Source: Candidatus Wolfebacteria bacterium GW2011_GWA1_44_24
GTDB lineage: Bacteria > Patescibacteriota > Minisyncoccia > UBA6257 > UBA9933
Assembly (NCBI GenBank): GCA_001001115.1
Contig: LCIO01000001.1
Coordinates: 71,501-135,500, forward strand
DNA length: 64,000 bases
Direction of reading: 5' to 3'
Position numbers and translations under genes: made by a program. Positions 61,007 through 64,000 of this stretch are shown one piece after another (within the stretch, counting starts at the first letter, position 1; every line of letters begins with the position of its first letter). Under the pieces are notes generated by a model, which was given only the letters and a program-made list of their open reading frames with translations, was not told where the DNA came from and did no database searches.

Positions 61007-62122
61007 TTACCCCCTTTTTATCAATTCCTCAAGCTCTCCCAGCATTTTTTTCGGTTCGCCTTTTTCAAAATGCTCTCTCACTGGTTTTAATAATTCAATC
61101 AAATACTCCGCGACGAAATTTTTTAAATCTTCCGGATGAAGCTCTTTATTTTTAAACATTTTTTTCAATTCGTCAATGTTATTGAACGTCAAGTTACCGC
61201 CGTGTTCCGGCTTGCGGGGAACAATAATTTTATTCTCGCAGGGAAAAATTAAGTATCCAGCCCAGTCAATAATGGGATTAAATTCAATTTCGCCTTCTGG
61301 ACAATATGCTTTTTTTATTTTTCTTTTGATTTCATCTTCGGAATCGTGAATGAAAACAGCGCTGTCCGGCTTGGATTTGCTCATTTTCATCGAAGTTTGT
61401 TTTTCTTCGTCTTCCGCGCTGGCCGCCGGTTTATCCAGTCCCAAAAGCAAGTGATGATGAACTGCCACCGGCTTAATAATCTCTTTGCCGATTTTTAACG
61501 GCGAGATTTTCAATTGCTTGGCCGCGTCGCGAGCAATGACATTAGCCTTTCGCTGGTCAATGCCAGCCTGGGAAAAGTGAAACCCGCCGGAGAATATGTC
61601 CGCCACTTGCATCGCCGGATAAAGAAGTTTGGCAAAATCAATTTCCTCTCCTTCTTTGCGGCCCATAATGGTGATGCTCCTTTTCATCCGCGCCAATGTC
61701 GTATTTTTGCCGACTTCAATCAATGTCAGCCAGAATTTATCGTTATTATGATAAAAATCCGAAGCCAAAATAAAATTCAAATCTTTTGGGTTGCCACCGA
61801 GGCATTGATAAGCGATTGAAAGCCCTTCCTTGAAATAGCCGACCGCGGTTTTCTTTATGATTTCCAGATTGCCGCCAAGTTTGTCGTTAATCCAGGTGTG
61901 ATAATCAGCCAAAAGAATATGAACTTTTACTCCGGCATCGGCGAAATCTTTGATTTTCTGCATACAAACCAAGCCGGTTCCCAGATGAATTTTACCGGAA
62001 ATTTCAAAGCCGATATAATGATTCAGCGATTCGCCGCTTTTCAATAAAAATTCCAAATCTTCCAGAGTGATAATTTCTTCCGCAAAGCGGGAAATAAGAT
62101 TGATTTTTTCTTTGATATCCAT
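61007..62122 (-). CDS. tyrS: Tyrosine--tRNA ligase, archaeal/eukaryotic type
   Basis: YIGFEISGKIHLG, LYPAMQVADI, GIDQRK, KMSKS, IKKAYCP; no S4 domain. Confidence 0.92.
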   Translation of the reverse strand: MDIKEKINLISRFAEEIITLEDLEFLLKSGESLNHYIGFEISGKIHLGTGLVCMQKIKDFADAGVKVHILLADYHTWINDKLGGNLEIIKKTAVGYFKEGLSIAYQCLGGNPKDLNFILASDFYHNNDKFWLTLIEVGKNTTLARMKRSITIMGRKEGEEIDFAKLLYPAMQVADIFSGGFHFSQAGIDQRKANVIARDAAKQLKISPLKIGKEIIKPVAVHHHLLLGLDKPAASAEDEEKQTSMKMSKSKPDSAVFIHDSEDEIKRKIKKAYCPEGEIEFNPIIDWAGYLIFPCENKIIVPRKPEHGGNLTFNNIDELKKMFKNKELHPEDLKNFVAEYLIELLKPVREHFEKGEPKKMLGELEELIKRG

Positions 62123-62180
62123 TTCTAATAAAAATAGCATAAAATTTCCGTTTTTAAAATGGAGATTTTATGCTGTTTTG

Positions 62181-62265
62181 TCCAGGGGGCAGGATTCGAA
62201 CCTGCGCAGGGAACATGCCCGCCTGATTTACAGTCAGGTGCGATTGGCCACTCCGCCACCCCTGG
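62181..62265 (-). tRNA. tRNA-Tyr(GTA) with C1:G72
   Basis: CCAGGGG/CCCCTGG-A acceptor, anticodon GTA, long variable arm. Confidence 0.92.
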
Positions 62266-62628
62266 TTATTCTTTAATTGAAGCAGAATCATCGTCCGCAG
62301 ACGCATTTTCTTCAAATAAATTTGGTTTGTCTTCTTTTGATAATTCGCTGCCGTTGGTTTTTTTGATTTTTTCAATATGACCTGTAACCACATTATCCCA
62401 TTTCATCAGCATCAATTTCAATTTTCTCAAAGATTTTTCAAAAGTCAAACTTAAAACAAAATCAATTTTATCAAGAGGAATTTTGGCGATTAATTTGTCC
62501 AATCGGCCGTGAAACGAATGGTCGGAGGATTCTTCTATGTCGCTGACTCGCGGTGTTGCCCGGGCAACAAGATAAACCATCGCTCCGAGAGAAAGCATTA
62601 TCGCAATTTGAAGGATAAAATTATACAT
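62266..62628 (-). CDS. Membrane-anchored hypothetical protein
   Basis: N-terminal TM; located between tsf and tRNA-Tyr. Confidence 0.6.
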   Translation of the reverse strand: MYNFILQIAIMLSLGAMVYLVARATPRVSDIEESSDHSFHGRLDKLIAKIPLDKIDFVLSLTFEKSLRKLKLMLMKWDNVVTGHIEKIKKTNGSELSKEDKPNLFEENASADDDSASIKE

Positions 62629-62629
62629 G

Positions 62630-63070
62630 CTAAATTTCGTATCGGCAGAATTTTTCAATTCTGATATTTTCTCCTATTTTCGCGATTGTCGTTTTGAGTA
62701 AAGCCTCTATCGTTAAAGATTCGTCTTTGACGTAATTCTGGGCCAGAAATTCTTTTACATCCGCCGGATTCATCGCCGCAATCTGCATCGCCAGATTATG
62801 CGCCAATTCTTTAAACAACGGATTCCTTGCCGCAAAATCCGTTTCACAGCGCAGTTCCAGCAAAACGCCAACCCGTTCATTATGGATGTAAGAATGAAGC
62901 AAACCGGCGCCGGTGGCCCGTTCGCTTTTTCTCTCGGCTTTGGCCAATCCCTTTTCATGAATAATCGCAACGGCTTTATCCAAATCGTCGTCGGATTCCT
63001 GCAAAGCGCGTTTACAATCCATCACTCCCGCACTGGTGATATCGCGCAATTTTTGAACTTGGTCTTTCAT
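62630..63070 (-). CDS. tsf: Elongation factor Ts (short form)
   Basis: LRDITSAGVMDCKRAL, ELRCETDF, KIGENI. Confidence 0.93.
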   Translation of the reverse strand: MKDQVQKLRDITSAGVMDCKRALQESDDDLDKAVAIIHEKGLAKAERKSERATGAGLLHSYIHNERVGVLLELRCETDFAARNPLFKELAHNLAMQIAAMNPADVKEFLAQNYVKDESLTIEALLKTTIAKIGENIRIEKFCRYEI

Positions 63071-63087
63071 GTGTCAAATGTCAATTG

Positions 63088-63837
63088 TCAAATGTTTATC
63101 TGTTTATCAAGACAATTCATTACCCAATCAACGCTCATTTTCGCGTGGTCATTGGCCGGAATCGGATAATCCGCGAAATCCGGATTGTCATCGCTGTCAA
63201 TGATGCTGACTATTGGAATTTTAAGCTGTCTGGCTTCCTTAATGGCGGTTAAATGACCCTTGATGGCCGTATCAACTACCAGCAAAGCGTCGGGCAATTT
63301 GGTCAGATTTTCCAAGCCGCCAAATAATTTCCGCATTCGCTCTATATTTTTGTTAATTACCACCCTTTCTTTCTTGGTGTGCTTGTCAAATTCGCCTAAC
63401 GCCATATCGGCCTGAACTTTTTTGAAATACTCGAGCCGACCCGAAATTGATTTGAAATTCGTGATTAATCCGCCAGGCCAGCGATTTTTGACATGCGGCA
63501 GATTAAATTTTTTTGCCAAATTTTCTATTGCTCCCGAAGCCGACGGCTGAGTGCCCACCAATAAAATCATTTTATTCTCTTTAACCAGATTTTTTAAAAA
63601 TTCCGCGGCTAAACCAATGGCCGAAACGGTTTTTGCCAAATCGATAATTTCCACATTATTACGGTTGGCAATAATATAAGGTTTGAATTTAGGATTGGTC
63701 TTGGTTTTTGTATGTCCGTACATCACGCCGGCGCCAATCATTTCTTTCAACAATTCAATGTCGGCTTTTGATTCAGCGGTTTCAATTATTTCCTCGGCAA
63801 CGACGGACGGTTCTGTTTTTGTGTCTATTTCAGTCAT
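63088..63837 (-). CDS. rpsB: 30S ribosomal protein S2
   Basis: AGVMYGH, NPKFKPYI, RWPGGLITN, IPAND. Confidence 0.95.
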   Translation of the reverse strand: MTEIDTKTEPSVVAEEIIETAESKADIELLKEMIGAGVMYGHTKTKTNPKFKPYIIANRNNVEIIDLAKTVSAIGLAAEFLKNLVKENKMILLVGTQPSASGAIENLAKKFNLPHVKNRWPGGLITNFKSISGRLEYFKKVQADMALGEFDKHTKKERVVINKNIERMRKLFGGLENLTKLPDALLVVDTAIKGHLTAIKEARQLKIPIVSIIDSDDNPDFADYPIPANDHAKMSVDWVMNCLDKQINI

Positions 63838-63848
63838 AATTAAAAAAT

Positions 63849-64000
63849 TTAATATTCTCCTTCCATCATCGGATTCGGCATACCGCCACCTTTTTCTTTT
63901 TTCTCCGGAATGTCAGCCACCACCGCTTCGGTGATTAAAAGCATCGAAGCGATTGAAACCGCGTTCTGCAAAGCGCTACGGGTGACTTTGGTCGGGTCAA
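63849..64000 (-). CDS. groL: Chaperonin GroEL, C-terminal end
   Basis: Manual translation [45 protein letters not shown]. Confidence 0.93.
   Translation of the reverse strand, partial: DPTKVTRSALQNAVSIASMLLITEAVVADIPEKKEKGGGMPNPMMEGEY

Overview
This window looks like Patescibacteria (CPR, probably Parcubacteria) chromosome. That assignment is inferred from an archaeal-type TyrRS, a 23S-5S unit with no linked 16S, a short IF-2 and a short EF-Ts; genetic code 11 is used. Most of it is minus-strand housekeeping: valS, 23S/5S rRNA, 13 tRNAs, infB, typA, rarA, frr, mreB, murA, rpsL-rpsG-fusA-rplM-rpsI, tyrS, tsf, rpsB and the groEL end. It also holds a copper/metal cluster, a DsbA-VKOR pair, an ECF-sigma/MacAB-like cluster and nirK. 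The standout is a ~5 kb defence-like cassette (24309-29355) bracketed by ~180 bp inverted repeats. In order it carries: a promoter; a ~500 nt highly structured region with competing folds and a hidden 46-50 aa ORF; an XRE-HTH gene overlapping a compact, non-canonical retron-like reverse transcriptase (YVDD); and a convergent AccI-like restriction-modification system with a C protein. Two essential genes (23S rRNA, infB) carry apparent deletions that may be assembly artefacts. All calls come from reading motifs by eye; no searches or folding programs were run.
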